DNA of 64,000 bases from a bacterium. Lineage in GTDB: Bacteria; Patescibacteriota; Minisyncoccia; Minisyncoccales; JAGLPU01. Location of the stretch: positions 17,481 through 81,480 of the forward strand of contig DAOVZN010000002.1 of assembly GCA_030635055.1 (NCBI GenBank), read 5' to 3'. The notes under the pieces were generated by a model, which made no database searches, was not told the origin of the DNA, and saw only the letters and a list, made by a program, of their open reading frames with translations. Numbering within the stretch: the stretch's first letter is position 1; every line of letters begins with the position of its first letter. A program made the position numbers and the translations under genes. Of the stretch, positions 37,131 through 47,596 are shown in pieces.

Positions 37131-39584
37131 TTATCCATATTTGGGATAGCAGCATTTTTTATATTTCTTACCGCTTCCACATGGGCATGGATCATTTCTG
37201 CCAGCTTTTTTGTCCAACGGAGTTTTAGAGCTAGCTGAAGTTGATGGTTCGCTGAACATCGGCACAGATGGCTGAGACGGCAGATTAGCGGCAAAAATAT
37301 TTTTGACAATGGCTGATTCAACAGTATCTAAGAAATTGCGAAACATTCTATGCCCTTCATTTTTATACTCAATTAAAGGATCTTGCTGACCATAAGCCCT
37401 TAAACGTACTGAGTCCCTTAAATGGTCCATAGCTTCCAAGTGATCCATCCAGAAAAAATCCAATGTCCGCAAACAAACAATCTTTTCTATTCTTCTCATA
37501 TTTTCTGTTCCTATTTCCGCTTCTTTTTTTTCATAATCCTCTTTGTTTTGCCCTTGTTTCTCCGCAAGTTCCATAACATATGCTTTTAACCTGCCTTGTT
37601 CAAATTTTTCTAAAACTTCCGCTCTTTTTTTATAAACTACTTCTCGATGCTTGTTCAAAACATCATCATAATCCAAAAGGTGCTTTCTTAGATCAAAATT
37701 CATTCCCTCAATTTTTGACTGAGCTGATTCAATAGCGCCTGAAATTAATTTAACTTCAATTGGCTCGTCCTCTGGAATTTTCAACATCTCCATTAAAGAT
37801 TTTATCTTGTCTCCGCCAAATATCCGTAGCAAATCGTCTTCCAAAGAAATAAAAAACTGAGAAGAACCAGGATCTCCCTGACGGCCGGCTCGTCCCCGCA
37901 GCTGATTATCAATCCTCCTAGCTTCATGCCTTTCAGTGCCAATAATATGAAGCCCTCCTATTTTTGCAATCTCTTCCATGTCTTGAGCAGGATTGCCTCC
38001 CAGGGTTATATCCACTCCCCGGCCGGCCATATTGGTGGCAATTGTCACTGCTCCTTTTTTACCTGCTTGGGCAATAATTTCTCCCTCTTGTTCGTGGCGC
38101 TTGGCGTTTAAAATCTTATGGGGGATTCCTTCTCTTTCTAATAGCTTGCCTAAATATTCGTTTCTCTCAATGGAAACTGTTCCCACCAAAATCGGTTGGT
38201 CCTTTTCATGTCTTTCTTTGATTGCCGCGACCACCGCTTTAAACTTGCCATCCCTTGTTTTATAAACCCTGTCTGACAAATCTTCACGCAACATTGGTTT
38301 ATTAGTGGGGATAGCTGTCACTTCCAGTCCGTAAACTTTATCAAACTCTTCAGCAGAAGTAAGCGCAGTTCCAGTCATACCGGCAAGCTTTTTATACATT
38401 CTGAAATAATTCTGAAAAGTGATTGAAGCCAAAGTCATTGACTCCGGCTGGACCTTTGCCCCTTCCTTAGCTTCAATCGCCTGATGAAGACCTCCGGAAT
38501 AGCGACGACCCGGCAATAAACGACCGGTAAATTCATCAACAATAATAATCTGTCCCTCTCTTACCGTATAATCCTTATCTTTTTTAAAAAGCGCCTGAGC
38601 GCGCAAAGCTTGTTCAAGATGGTGTAAATATTTTATTCCTTTCTCTTCATAAATATTCTCCATTCCTAAAATTTTCTCCACTTTTTCAACACCCTCTTCC
38701 GTCAAAGTGACTGCTTTTAGTTTTTCGTCAATACTATAATCAGCATCTTCTTTTAAATGGGGAATGATTTTGGCAAACTCGCCGTAAGTCTTGGTCGCCT
38801 CAGTATCCGGGGCGGAAATAATCAAAGGAGTTCGGGCTTCGTCAATTAAAATTGAGTCTATCTCATCAACAACGGCATAATTAAATTCTCTTTGAGTTCG
38901 AGCTTCCGCGTCATAGACCATATTGTCCCGCAAATAATCAAAGCCAAATTCATTATTCGTTCCATAGGTGACATCCGCTTGATATGCTTCTTTCCTGGAA
39001 ACCGGTTTTAAATAGCTTTCAATAACTTTAAAGCCGCCTGTTAAATCTCTGGCTTCATCATTTTCTTTATCCAGTGTTGGATCATAAATATAGGCTGCGT
39101 CATGAACTATGCAGCCGATAGACAGCCCTAGCAAGTGATAAACCTGTCCCATCCAAACCATATCTCTTTTGGTTAAATAATCATTCACTGTAATCACATG
39201 AACTCCTTTCTGTTCTAAGGCATTAAGATAAACAGCTAGGGTGGAAGATAGAGTTTTTCCTTCTCCTGTTTTCATTTCAGCTATTCTTCCTTGATGCAAA
39301 ATTATTCCTCCTATTAATTGAACATCATAGTGTCGCTGCTGTAAGGTTCTCTTAGCCGCTTCTCTAACAACGGCAAAGGCTTCTGATAGAAGGATGTCAA
39401 GGGATTCCCCGTTTACAATCCTTTCTTTAAATTCAGTTGCTTTTCCTTTCAGCTCTCCATCAGAAAAACCCTCGAATTTTGATTCGAGGCTGTTTATTTC
39501 TTCTACTAACGGCTGAATTTTTTTCAGATGTTTGTCTTCGCCGCCACTGAAAAATTTACTAAAAATTGAACTAAAATTTCCCAT
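37131..39584 (-). CDS. secA: Preprotein translocase ATPase SecA (compact) with SEC-C motif
   Basis: [53 protein letters not shown]. Confidence 0.97.
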   Translation of the reverse strand: MGNFSSIFSKFFSGGEDKHLKKIQPLVEEINSLESKFEGFSDGELKGKATEFKERIVNGESLDILLSEAFAVVREAAKRTLQQRHYDVQLIGGIILHQGRIAEMKTGEGKTLSSTLAVYLNALEQKGVHVITVNDYLTKRDMVWMGQVYHLLGLSIGCIVHDAAYIYDPTLDKENDEARDLTGGFKVIESYLKPVSRKEAYQADVTYGTNNEFGFDYLRDNMVYDAEARTQREFNYAVVDEIDSILIDEARTPLIISAPDTEATKTYGEFAKIIPHLKEDADYSIDEKLKAVTLTEEGVEKVEKILGMENIYEEKGIKYLHHLEQALRAQALFKKDKDYTVREGQIIIVDEFTGRLLPGRRYSGGLHQAIEAKEGAKVQPESMTLASITFQNYFRMYKKLAGMTGTALTSAEEFDKVYGLEVTAIPTNKPMLREDLSDRVYKTRDGKFKAVVAAIKERHEKDQPILVGTVSIERNEYLGKLLEREGIPHKILNAKRHEQEGEIIAQAGKKGAVTIATNMAGRGVDITLGGNPAQDMEEIAKIGGLHIIGTERHEARRIDNQLRGRAGRQGDPGSSQFFISLEDDLLRIFGGDKIKSLMEMLKIPEDEPIEVKLISGAIESAQSKIEGMNFDLRKHLLDYDDVLNKHREVVYKKRAEVLEKFEQGRLKAYVMELAEKQGQNKEDYEKKEAEIGTENMRRIEKIVCLRTLDFFWMDHLEAMDHLRDSVRLRAYGQQDPLIEYKNEGHRMFRNFLDTVESAIVKNIFAANLPSQPSVPMFSEPSTSASSKTPLDKKAGRNDPCPCGSGKKYKKCCYPKYG

Positions 39585-39635
39585 ATTTAATGTTAAAATA
39601 GCACAAGTAAATAGCGCTGTTTAAAACAAGATATT

Positions 39636-40004
39636 CTATTTTGAAATACTTTTTCTTGCCTTTGCCTTTGGCTTCTCCTTATACTTTTTTAACTGTATTT
39701 GCAGTTCGTCTTTTACTTCCACTATTGCCTGCCTTAAATCTTCTGATTTCGCTGTAGCCCTAATGCTTTTTTTAAGATGCACTATCTGGCACTCCGCTCT
39801 AAAGAAAGGGCCTTTCTTGTGATGTAAAGTAGTCTTCCCCACCTCAACCAAAGCTTCTATTTTTGGTTTTCTTCCTTCAAAATAATCTTTTTCCTCTTCT
39901 TGCAGCAAAGTAACGAACTTTTCCAAGCCGCCGATTTTCTCTTCAATAAACTCCTTAATAGCAGGAGTTAATTCTATTTTCTCTGTTTTTATGATTATTT
40001 TCAT
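39636..40004 (-). CDS. hpf: Ribosome hibernation factor (HPF/RaiA)
   Basis: IELTPAIKEFIEEK, SEDLRQAIVEVKDELQIQLKKYK. Confidence 0.88.
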   Translation of the reverse strand: MKIIIKTEKIELTPAIKEFIEEKIGGLEKFVTLLQEEEKDYFEGRKPKIEALVEVGKTTLHHKKGPFFRAECQIVHLKKSIRATAKSEDLRQAIVEVKDELQIQLKKYKEKPKAKARKSISK

Positions 40005-40036
40005 ATTATTTAATTATTTCATTTTTAAAAGAAAAG

Positions 40037-40912
40037 TCAACCAAGATATTGTATTTCTTCTTCCAGGGTTGTCCCTGTCTTTTTTTTAACTTCCTGTTTA
40101 ATTAAATTTATTAAAGTAACAACCTCCTTGGCTGTTCCACCGCCCGTATTGATAATAAAATTGGCATGTTTTTGAGAAACTTCAACTTTGCCAATTTTTT
40201 TCCCCTTAAGCCCGCATCGCTCAATCATCTGTCCAGCGGAAAAATCAGTAGAATTTTTAAAAATAGAGCCGGCGCAAGGGAAACCAGTCGGCTGTGTCTT
40301 AGCCCTATGTTCCAAATGCTCTTGCATTTTTTGAACAATATTTTCTTTTCTTCCTTGCTTTAATTTAAAACCGGCTGACAAAATTACTAATTGAGGATTC
40401 TTTTTAAAAATACTGCTACGATAGCTGAATTGGCAATCTTTATTTTGAAAAACCTTTATTTCCTCTTCTTTAACATCAAGGACTTCCGCTTGAGCCAGAA
40501 CATCGGCTATTGAATATTCAAAAGCTCCTGCGTTACCGCAAATTGCTCCGCCGATTGTTCCAGGAATGCCGGCAGCCCATTCCATTCCTGTTAATTCATT
40601 CTCCTTGGCAAAATTTACCAGCTTGCTTAAATCCATGCCGGCTCCGCACTGAAGATTGTTGAATTCCTGATTAGCAATTCTGATTATTAACCCCTGATAG
40701 CCTTTATCGGAAATCAAAAGATTGCTTCCTCTGCTTAAAATAAAAAAAGGCAGATTACATTTTATTGCTGCCTTGATTGCTTTGACTATATCTTCTTTGG
40801 TTTTCGCTTCAAAAAAATACTTGGCCAATCCGCCAATTTTAAAAGTAGTGTAATCGGCTAAAGAAACATCCTTTCGCACTCCAGATAATTCTTGATTAAT
40901 ATTTTCCTTCAT
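40037..40912 (-). CDS. murB: UDP-N-acetylenolpyruvoylglucosamine reductase
   Basis: YTTFKIGG, GSNLL, GIPGTIGGA, NAGA, AGSIFKN, HANFIIN. Start moved to 40912. Confidence 0.95.
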   Translation of the reverse strand: MKENINQELSGVRKDVSLADYTTFKIGGLAKYFFEAKTKEDIVKAIKAAIKCNLPFFILSRGSNLLISDKGYQGLIIRIANQEFNNLQCGAGMDLSKLVNFAKENELTGMEWAAGIPGTIGGAICGNAGAFEYSIADVLAQAEVLDVKEEEIKVFQNKDCQFSYRSSIFKKNPQLVILSAGFKLKQGRKENIVQKMQEHLEHRAKTQPTGFPCAGSIFKNSTDFSAGQMIERCGLKGKKIGKVEVSQKHANFIINTGGGTAKEVVTLINLIKQEVKKKTGTTLEEEIQYLG

Positions 40913-40916
40913 TTTA

Positions 40917-40974
40917 TAAAAATGGCCCCGAAGCGAACTCCAATTCAATGTTTATGTGAGTGCTGTCGAGGCCA
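40917..40974 (-). ncRNA. Candidate small structured RNA B, or murB 5' leader
   Basis: Promoter TTGCTT-17-TAAAAT (41008-40980). Closing stem TGGCCTCGA/TCGGGGCCA followed by TTTTT. Confidence 0.4.
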
Positions 40975-41006
40975 ACTATATTTTACATTATTGAAATAAA
41001 AAAAGC

Positions 41007-41076
41007 AAAAAACCTCGCTTAAGCAAGGTTCTTCGCCAACAAAGAATTATGCGGAGTTTGCACTCTCGCACTCACT
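41007..41076 (-). ncRNA. Candidate ~70-nt small RNA A
   Basis: Promoter TTGACA-17-TATTCT (41111-41083). GNRA hairpin TGCG-A-GAGT-GCAA-ACTC-CGCA. Terminator AACCTTGC-TTAA-GCGAGGTT-TTTT. No ORF. Confidence 0.5.
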
Positions 41077-41094
41077 GAAATTAGAATAACAAAT

Positions 41095-42198
41095 TTAGCT
41101 TGTCCTGTCAACCTCTGTTTTGATGTTCTGTAAAATACCCAAAGCAATAAAAAACATTATCATACCGGAACCACCATAGCTTACAAAAGGCATGGGTATA
41201 CCGATAATAGGTAGAAGTCCCAAGTTCATACCAATGTTAATAAAAATCTGTGCAGCCAAAAGAACGGCAAAGCCGGAAATAAAAAGCCGGGAAAAATTAG
41301 ACCGTACTTTGGCTGCAATTCTGAGTATTCGCCACATAAAGAGCAAGAACAAGGTTAATAAAACCGTTACCCCTGCCAATCCTGTTTCTTCCGCAATGGC
41401 GGAAAAAATAAAATCGGTTTGCGGTTCTGACAAGAATCCGTACTGGGTCTGTGATCCCTTTCCAATACCCTGGCCCAAGAGCCCGCCGTTGCCAATGGCA
41501 ATTTTCGCCTGTGTCTGGCTCCAGCCGATCCCTAATGGTTCAAATTGGGGCTGAACAAAACTAATAATTCTTTCTTTTTGGTAGTCTTTCAACAAAAACA
41601 TCCAGCTAAAGGCAAAAAGTATTAAGCCGCATAAAAGTAAAACTAAAAAATGTCGCAGCTTGATTCCGGAAATAAGCAAAACTCCTATCCATAAAAAAAC
41701 CAATACCATTACCGAACCCATGTCCGGTTGAAAAAATATTAAAGCGGCTGGCAAAAAAACATAAAGTCCGGAAAGTAAAATATGCCGAACCCTGTACATT
41801 TCTATGTGCCGAAGAGAAAAATATTTGGCCAAGAGAATTATTAAAATAAGCTTAGTGAATTCTATGGGGTCTATGGAAACAGGCCCCAGCTTATACCATC
41901 CTTTAACCCCTCTAATTTCCGGTCCGAAAAAAAACAAACCAGCTAGAGAGAGCAGACAGAAAAAATAGGCGGCCAAAATCAGATACGGTTCATTTTTAAA
42001 AGAACGAAAATCAACAAAAGAGGCTAAAAACATCAAAAAAATTCCAATGCTGAAAAAAATAATCTGTTTTTGAAAATTTAAAAAATCTCCGCTGCCTAAA
42101 GAACAGCTGTATATCAGCAACAACCCAAAAGCGACTAAAGCTCCTGCAATAGCAATTAAAATCCAGTCTAGTTTTTGAAAATGTTTTAAAAGTTCCAT
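41095..42198 (-). CDS. rodA: SEDS peptidoglycan glycosyltransferase RodA/FtsW
   Basis: QPDMG, AIGNGG, EPQTDFIFSAIAEETG, PFVSYGGS. Confidence 0.9.
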   Translation of the reverse strand: MELLKHFQKLDWILIAIAGALVAFGLLLIYSCSLGSGDFLNFQKQIIFFSIGIFLMFLASFVDFRSFKNEPYLILAAYFFCLLSLAGLFFFGPEIRGVKGWYKLGPVSIDPIEFTKLILIILLAKYFSLRHIEMYRVRHILLSGLYVFLPAALIFFQPDMGSVMVLVFLWIGVLLISGIKLRHFLVLLLCGLILFAFSWMFLLKDYQKERIISFVQPQFEPLGIGWSQTQAKIAIGNGGLLGQGIGKGSQTQYGFLSEPQTDFIFSAIAEETGLAGVTVLLTLFLLFMWRILRIAAKVRSNFSRLFISGFAVLLAAQIFINIGMNLGLLPIIGIPMPFVSYGGSGMIMFFIALGILQNIKTEVDRTS

Positions 42199-44250
42199 CT
42201 ATTTAATCATTTTTAAAAACTCCTGCTCGTTAATGAGTTTAACTCCCAGTTTTTTGGCCTTGCTGAATTTAGCAGAACCGGAATCTTTATTAGCCACAAC
42301 GAAATCTGTTTTTGCAGACACAGATTCAGGCACACTGCCGCCTAGCAACCTAACCTTTTCTTTCGCCTGATCTCTGGTCATCGAATCCAAGAAACCAGTG
42401 AAAACAAAACTTTTGCCTTTTAATTTTTGAGCTTTAATTATAGCTCTTGAGGGATTAATAATTTCCACCCCGTGTTTTTGTAAATCATTAATTAATTCAA
42501 CATTTCTGACTGTATTAAGCCAACTATAAAGACTTTTAGAAGTTTCCGGGCCAATGTCCGGCAAACAGTCCATCTCTTCTTGAGAAGCATTGATTAATTT
42601 TTTAATTGAACCGAAATAATTAGCTAGGTCTATGGCTGTTTCCTCGCCGATATGGCGAATGCCTAAAGCGTAAATAAAGCGCTGTAAGCTGACTTTTTTG
42701 CTGTCTTCTATCGCTGTAACTAAATTCTGGGCAGACTTATCCGCAAACCTCTCTAAGGACGACAAATCCCCTTCTTTTAACATAAAAAGGTCAACAGGAT
42801 TGGATATCAAGTTATTTGCCAGCAACTGGTTAATAACCTTTGGCCCCAGTCCGGAAATATCAAACGCTTTTTTGGAAACAAAATGATGCAGAGATTGCTT
42901 TTTGCGGGCTAAACAGCTTTTGTTGCCACATCGCCATACCACTTCTCCTTGCGGACGAACAAGCTTTGTTCCACAACTAGGGCATTGAACAGGCATTTTA
43001 AATTTCTTTTCCTGCCCGCTTCTTAACTCAGGCAATACTTTCAACACTGCAGGAATTACATCTCCAGCCCGTTCCACTATCACCGTGTCTCCAATCATCG
43101 TGCCCAATCTTTTTATCTCATCTTCATTATGAAGAGTAGCCCGCGAAATAGTCACTCCTTCTATCTTCACCTGCTTAAGGCATGCAATAGGAGTAATAGC
43201 ACCTGTTCTGCCAATCTGGATTTTAATATTTTCAATTTTAGTAACAGCTTGCTTCGGCGTAAATTTAAAAGCTCTGGCTGCTCTAAAACTTTTGCCTACT
43301 TTCCCCAGTTTTTCAAAAACAGCATTCTTGTCTATATTTACTACAACCCCGTCAACCTGAAAAGCAATCTTGTCTCTTTTTTTCTCCGCTTCTTGCCAGA
43401 AGCTTATTATTTCCTTAGAATCAGCGCATACTTTGCCTAAATCAGCATTAAAACCTAAAAAAGGCAGAACTTGATGTTCTTGCGAATGTTTTTTTTGGCC
43501 AAAATCAGTGATAATATCATAGGCTAAAAACCTTAAGGGACGGACAGCTGTTAGTTTAGTATCAAGCTGGCGGATAGAGCCGGCCGCTAAATTGCGCGGA
43601 TTAGCGTAAATAGGCAGGTCTTTTTTCAACCTCTCTTTATTAAATTTATTAAAATCTTTTTTAGCCATATAGACTTCCCCTCTGATTTCAATTTCTCCCT
43701 TGTTAATCAATGCTTGAATATTTTTTTCAAGACGCCCAATCTCTTTTGGCAAATTTTCGCGCAGCTCAAGCTTTAAAGGAATGCTTTCTATGGTTTTTAA
43801 ATTTTGTGTAACATTCTCTCCTATTTTCCCATTTCCTCTGGTAGCTCCGCAAACAAAAACCCCATCCCTATAAATTAAGGTAACGGCAAAACCGTCAACC
43901 TTAAGTTCACAAAAATAATCAAATTCAGCAGCAGGAGCCAGCCGAGTTAAATATTTTTGCCAGTCAATAAGTTCTTTTTCCGAAAAAACATCCTCAATGG
44001 AAAGCATAGGAGCTTCATGCTTCACTTTTTCGAATTGTTTCTGCGGCTCTCCTCCAACTCTTTGAGTGGGCGAATCCGCATTAATAAATTCCGGATATTG
44101 TTGCTCTAATTGATAAAGCTCATGTTTTAATGAATCCAAAGCTTCGTCAGAAATTTCTTGACGATTAAGAACATGATATAAATAACGGTGATGATTAATC
44201 ACCTTTTTAAGTTTTTCTATACGATTTTTAATTTCTTGCTTCTTCATCAA
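42199..44250 (-). CDS. ligA: NAD-dependent DNA ligase
   Basis: ELKVDG adenylation motif, TRGNG, NPRNLAAGS, Zn finger, C-terminal BRCT domain. Confidence 0.97.
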   Translation of the reverse strand: MMKKQEIKNRIEKLKKVINHHRYLYHVLNRQEISDEALDSLKHELYQLEQQYPEFINADSPTQRVGGEPQKQFEKVKHEAPMLSIEDVFSEKELIDWQKYLTRLAPAAEFDYFCELKVDGFAVTLIYRDGVFVCGATRGNGKIGENVTQNLKTIESIPLKLELRENLPKEIGRLEKNIQALINKGEIEIRGEVYMAKKDFNKFNKERLKKDLPIYANPRNLAAGSIRQLDTKLTAVRPLRFLAYDIITDFGQKKHSQEHQVLPFLGFNADLGKVCADSKEIISFWQEAEKKRDKIAFQVDGVVVNIDKNAVFEKLGKVGKSFRAARAFKFTPKQAVTKIENIKIQIGRTGAITPIACLKQVKIEGVTISRATLHNEDEIKRLGTMIGDTVIVERAGDVIPAVLKVLPELRSGQEKKFKMPVQCPSCGTKLVRPQGEVVWRCGNKSCLARKKQSLHHFVSKKAFDISGLGPKVINQLLANNLISNPVDLFMLKEGDLSSLERFADKSAQNLVTAIEDSKKVSLQRFIYALGIRHIGEETAIDLANYFGSIKKLINASQEEMDCLPDIGPETSKSLYSWLNTVRNVELINDLQKHGVEIINPSRAIIKAQKLKGKSFVFTGFLDSMTRDQAKEKVRLLGGSVPESVSAKTDFVVANKDSGSAKFSKAKKLGVKLINEQEFLKMIK

Positions 44251-44597
44251 TAAGTTGCGCTAATCGCTCTCTTGGTTCCTTCATAACTGCCAACAGATTT
44301 TATAGAAAAATTACCACCTCCCATGTCTGTAACAGATACTTCATAAGAAGCAACATTGCCACTTAGATTAAAAGAACCAGAGTAAGAGGTTGGATGATTG
44401 TCTCTGTCATCTATTGCTTCTTCTATGCCGGTATCAGCGGCATAAAAAGCAACTACTGAATATCCTAACTTTTGAGTTCTCTTCATTTCATTTATCAAAA
44501 TAATAGTTATTCCTAAAACTATAGATAAATTAAGGCTTAAAATAAGGAGAGCGAGATAAAGAGAAATGCCTTTTTGTGAATCTTTAAATTTTATCAT
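44247..44597 (-). CDS. PilX-like minor pilin
   Basis: QKG|ISLYL prepilin site without E5; AFYAADTGIE motif. Confidence 0.75.
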   Translation of the reverse strand: MIKFKDSQKGISLYLALLILSLNLSIVLGITIILINEMKRTQKLGYSVVAFYAADTGIEEAIDDRDNHPTSYSGSFNLSGNVASYEVSVTDMGGGNFSIKSVGSYEGTKRAISATY

Positions 44598-45172
44598 AAG
44601 TCTAAGTTTCTTTGTGAAATTGTAGTTTGAATTTTAAATCGCGGAGCATCGGAGATACTATTAACTTGAATGTCCAACGACATGGTTACTCTCGGCTGAA
44701 GGTTATCAGCATGGGATGCCCCTATAAGGTGAAAATTAAGAGAATGAATTGTCATATGGTCTGAAGTTAAAGCTACGCCAGTGGCGAAATGTGTCCAATC
44801 ATGATCTGATGATTTTCTTTCCTTTAATTCTCCACTATCTAAATAAAATTCCTGGCATTCCCCTTGATAATTTAAGAACCTAACAATAGAAGAATCACCT
44901 AAAGGGTTTTGGTAACTATCGTTAGTCGCCGGAAAAACCAAACAATTTCCCTGCAAGTCTTTCTGCGCCATCCTCAAGGCGCGGCTCATATATTCAAGAG
45001 TGTAGCTAGTCTGGCTAAAAAGCTCTTGGCTTTTTAAAATTATTTTTTGGTTGCGAATAGCCGAAACAGAAAGGCTGGTGATGCTGACAACAACAATCAT
45101 AAACACTGCTAGCGCTACTAACATTTCAATTAAAATAAAGCCTTTTTTATTTTTTATGTTATTTCCAATCAT
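44594..45172 (-). CDS. PilW/GspJ-like minor pilin
   Basis: KKG|FILIEMLV, C-terminal QTTISQRN. Start moved to 45172. Confidence 0.8.
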   Translation of the reverse strand: MIGNNIKNKKGFILIEMLVALAVFMIVVVSITSLSVSAIRNQKIILKSQELFSQTSYTLEYMSRALRMAQKDLQGNCLVFPATNDSYQNPLGDSSIVRFLNYQGECQEFYLDSGELKERKSSDHDWTHFATGVALTSDHMTIHSLNFHLIGASHADNLQPRVTMSLDIQVNSISDAPRFKIQTTISQRNLDL

Positions 45173-45656
45173 ATAATACTTCTTGGACGAAAAAAGATTC
45201 GCCTTCCCAAATAACTTCCACTTTAACAATCATAGAATCCACTGCAGGTGAGGTAATAATTTTTCTTTGAAATTTAGTTTTAATGTCATTCTCTGAAGGA
45301 GCGCTGATATATTTATAAATTCCGTCAGTATCGTCAATGTATAAAAAATTACCTGTATAAGCGCTCATTGCTAAAGTTTCATTAAAATCAGCTTCGCAGC
45401 CAGCATTACAAGAATCAAGTCCAGTTGTCCATGGTTCTCCATCCAGCCAGTTTCCATCCCTGATATTTCTGGTAATCTCAATCCCTTCCTGGGCAAGATA
45501 GCTTGCTATTAAGCGGGAAGAGATATACGAATTTTGAGACATAGACCTTGTCACAGCTCCATAAATCCCGACTATGCCCACCGTTAAAATAAAAACAGTG
45601 AATACCATTTCCAGTAAAGAAAAACCTTTATTATTTTTCAATAATTCATTTTTCAT
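45159..45656 (-). CDS. PilV/GspI-like minor pilin
   Basis: KG|FSLLEMV, LAQEGIEITRNIRD. Confidence 0.8.
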   Translation of the reverse strand: MKNELLKNNKGFSLLEMVFTVFILTVGIVGIYGAVTRSMSQNSYISSRLIASYLAQEGIEITRNIRDGNWLDGEPWTTGLDSCNAGCEADFNETLAMSAYTGNFLYIDDTDGIYKYISAPSENDIKTKFQRKIITSPAVDSMIVKVEVIWEGESFFVQEVLYDWK

Positions 45657-45658
45657 AA

Positions 45659-46219
45659 TTATTTTACCTCTACTAGTCCAGCGTTATTGACAATAATGCT
45701 TCTAGTAATAGAAGTATCATCTTCGCAGGAAATTTCAATCTCTGCTGTTTGGCCTGTTTCGAAATTGCTGATATAAGTAACTGGATCAGGCGGTTGAAAG
45801 AAAATACCAAAATCATCAGAGGGTTTTAATTTTGTTATTTCAATTCCCTTTATTAAATAAATTTTCTCTACCTCTATGTCTGTTCCGCTGTTATACTGTT
45901 CATTGCCGCTGCATTCGGCAAATAAAATATAAAATTGACCGTCGGCGTCTTTGTACGCCGACTTTTTAAAATGAATGCCATACCCAACAGCAGGAACAAA
46001 AGGAAGACCATCATCACAATCTATTTCTATCCCTGACATTGCCATTTCCTGCGCTCTCTTTATATCCTGCGCTAACTTATAAGCATCTCTTTGCAATGCC
46101 AATTTTTTTTGTCCTGTATCAAAATCAAAAAGAATTGTAAATGACAAAATAACAATAATAGCCATCGCCACCAAAAGTTCTATCAAAGCAAAACCTTTAT
46201 TATCAAAAAATTTGTGCAT
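45659..46219 (-). CDS. FimT/GspH-like minor pilin
   Basis: KG|FALIELLV, LAQDIKRAQEMA, C-terminal IVNNAGLV. Confidence 0.8.
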   Translation of the reverse strand: MHKFFDNKGFALIELLVAMAIIVILSFTILFDFDTGQKKLALQRDAYKLAQDIKRAQEMAMSGIEIDCDDGLPFVPAVGYGIHFKKSAYKDADGQFYILFAECSGNEQYNSGTDIEVEKIYLIKGIEITKLKPSDDFGIFFQPPDPVTYISNFETGQTAEIEISCEDDTSITRSIIVNNAGLVEVK

Positions 46220-46223
46220 AAAA

Positions 46224-46982
46224 TTATTTATACAGCAAAGTTAAATACCAATTAAAAATCTTTTCACCCCAAAAAATGCTAATCAAGGTTCCAGTCACTA
46301 AAAATGGGCCAAATGGCACTTCTGACTTTAAACCTTTCTTATTTAAAACGATGAGCACTGTTCCTATTATAGCACCAATAAAAAAACCTAGGAATAGGGC
46401 TATCAGAATATTAGGAAAATTTAGCAGCAAGCCCATAAAAAGAGCTAGTTTAACGTCCCCAAAACCAATCCAGCGCCCCCTGGAAATAAGAAAAATTGCC
46501 AGAAAAAAACCAGCCGCTGCCAGAGCGCTTATAACAGCGGAATAGAAAATATCAATTGACTGAAGATTTGAAACCAGCTGGTAAAAGAATGAAATGATTA
46601 TCGCCGGGAAAATTACTTTATCCGGAATAATATAATATTTAAAATCGTAAATAAAAATAACAATCAAAAAACAGAAAGCGAGAAGCAAAAAATAGGAATG
46701 CTGCGTTAAGGCAAGCACGAATAAAGCTCCTGTAGCCAATTCTGCTAAAAAATATTGTGAAGAAATCGGCATTTTGCAATACCGGCATTTTGCTTTTAAA
46801 AATAAAAAGCTGAAAATAGGAATTAAGTCCTGCCAAGACAATGGATGCTTGCAATGAGGACAATAAGATCTTTTAACTAAAAAATCTTCATTATTATGAA
46901 GACGGCAAACCAAACAGTTTAAAAAGCTTCCAATGATTGTTCCTAAGATAAAAAACGCTGGATATAAAAATATGTCTGACAT
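46224..46982 (-). CDS. pilD: Prepilin peptidase
   Basis: GSFLN, RSYCPHC, KCRYC, GFGDVKL, VPFGPFL. Confidence 0.93.
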   Translation of the reverse strand: MSDIFLYPAFFILGTIIGSFLNCLVCRLHNNEDFLVKRSYCPHCKHPLSWQDLIPIFSFLFLKAKCRYCKMPISSQYFLAELATGALFVLALTQHSYFLLLAFCFLIVIFIYDFKYYIIPDKVIFPAIIISFFYQLVSNLQSIDIFYSAVISALAAAGFFLAIFLISRGRWIGFGDVKLALFMGLLLNFPNILIALFLGFFIGAIIGTVLIVLNKKGLKSEVPFGPFLVTGTLISIFWGEKIFNWYLTLLYK

Positions 46983-47015
46983 TTTTTTATTATATCAAAA
47001 AAACGCTATTTCCGC

Positions 47016-47047
47016 AAAAAAAGCAGAGAGATCACTCTCTGCTTTTT
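47016..47047. terminator. Terminator after the major pilin gene
   Basis: AAAAAGCAGAGAG-ATCA-CTCTCTGCTTTTT. Confidence 0.8.
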
Positions 47048-47066
47048 ACGATCGAAAATGTTTGGA

Positions 47067-47495
47067 TTACGGACAAGACCAAGTCGTGGCATTACAGTGA
47101 GCCGTTGCGGGATTAGTCCCGGTTTTAACTGATTTCAAAGTACTGTCCACACAATAATACTGGCCTGATTCATTTAATGCGACATATACGCAATATCCAG
47201 TTCCAAGTACGTCATCAACACAAGTGGCAGAACCGTCTACTTGATCACCAATATCAGCTATAAGCGTCGTTATATCAGTATCTGCGCAAACATCTGCCCA
47301 ATCGTCATCTTCTAATTCTACAATTTGCGCCTGGCTGCGGATTTGATTCATGTCAGCTATAACCCTTCCGTCTTTAGCAGTGTTTCTGGCTCCTGACAAA
47401 GAAACCAATACAATACCGGCTAAAATACCGATAATAGCGATAACCACCAACAATTCAATTAAAGTAAAACCTTTTGATTTAATTAAAGTTTTCAT
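47067..47495 (-). CDS. Type IV pilin, probably the major pilin
   Basis: KG|FTLIELLVVIAIIGILAGIV, Cys-rich head, own promoter and terminator. Start moved to 47495. Confidence 0.9.
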   Translation of the reverse strand: MKTLIKSKGFTLIELLVVIAIIGILAGIVLVSLSGARNTAKDGRVIADMNQIRSQAQIVELEDDDWADVCADTDITTLIADIGDQVDGSATCVDDVLGTGYCVYVALNESGQYYCVDSTLKSVKTGTNPATAHCNATTWSCP

Positions 47496-47596
47496 TTTTA
47501 ATTTAAAATATAAATAATTATTTGTCTTTTCGACCTTTAATATTTTTACTCTTTTATTATAACATATTTGAGCAAACAAGCTGTGGAAAACTCATT

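Noticed and set aside
41055-41080. CIRCE (HrcA) operator
   Set aside because: Only a half-site-like TTGCACTC is present, with no inverted partner at 9-bp spacing and no adjacent chaperone gene.
5530-47592. DnaA-box-like 9-mers as a replication origin
   Set aside because: They are single, imperfect and scattered, with no cluster, no dnaA/dnaN and no switch in gene strand bias.
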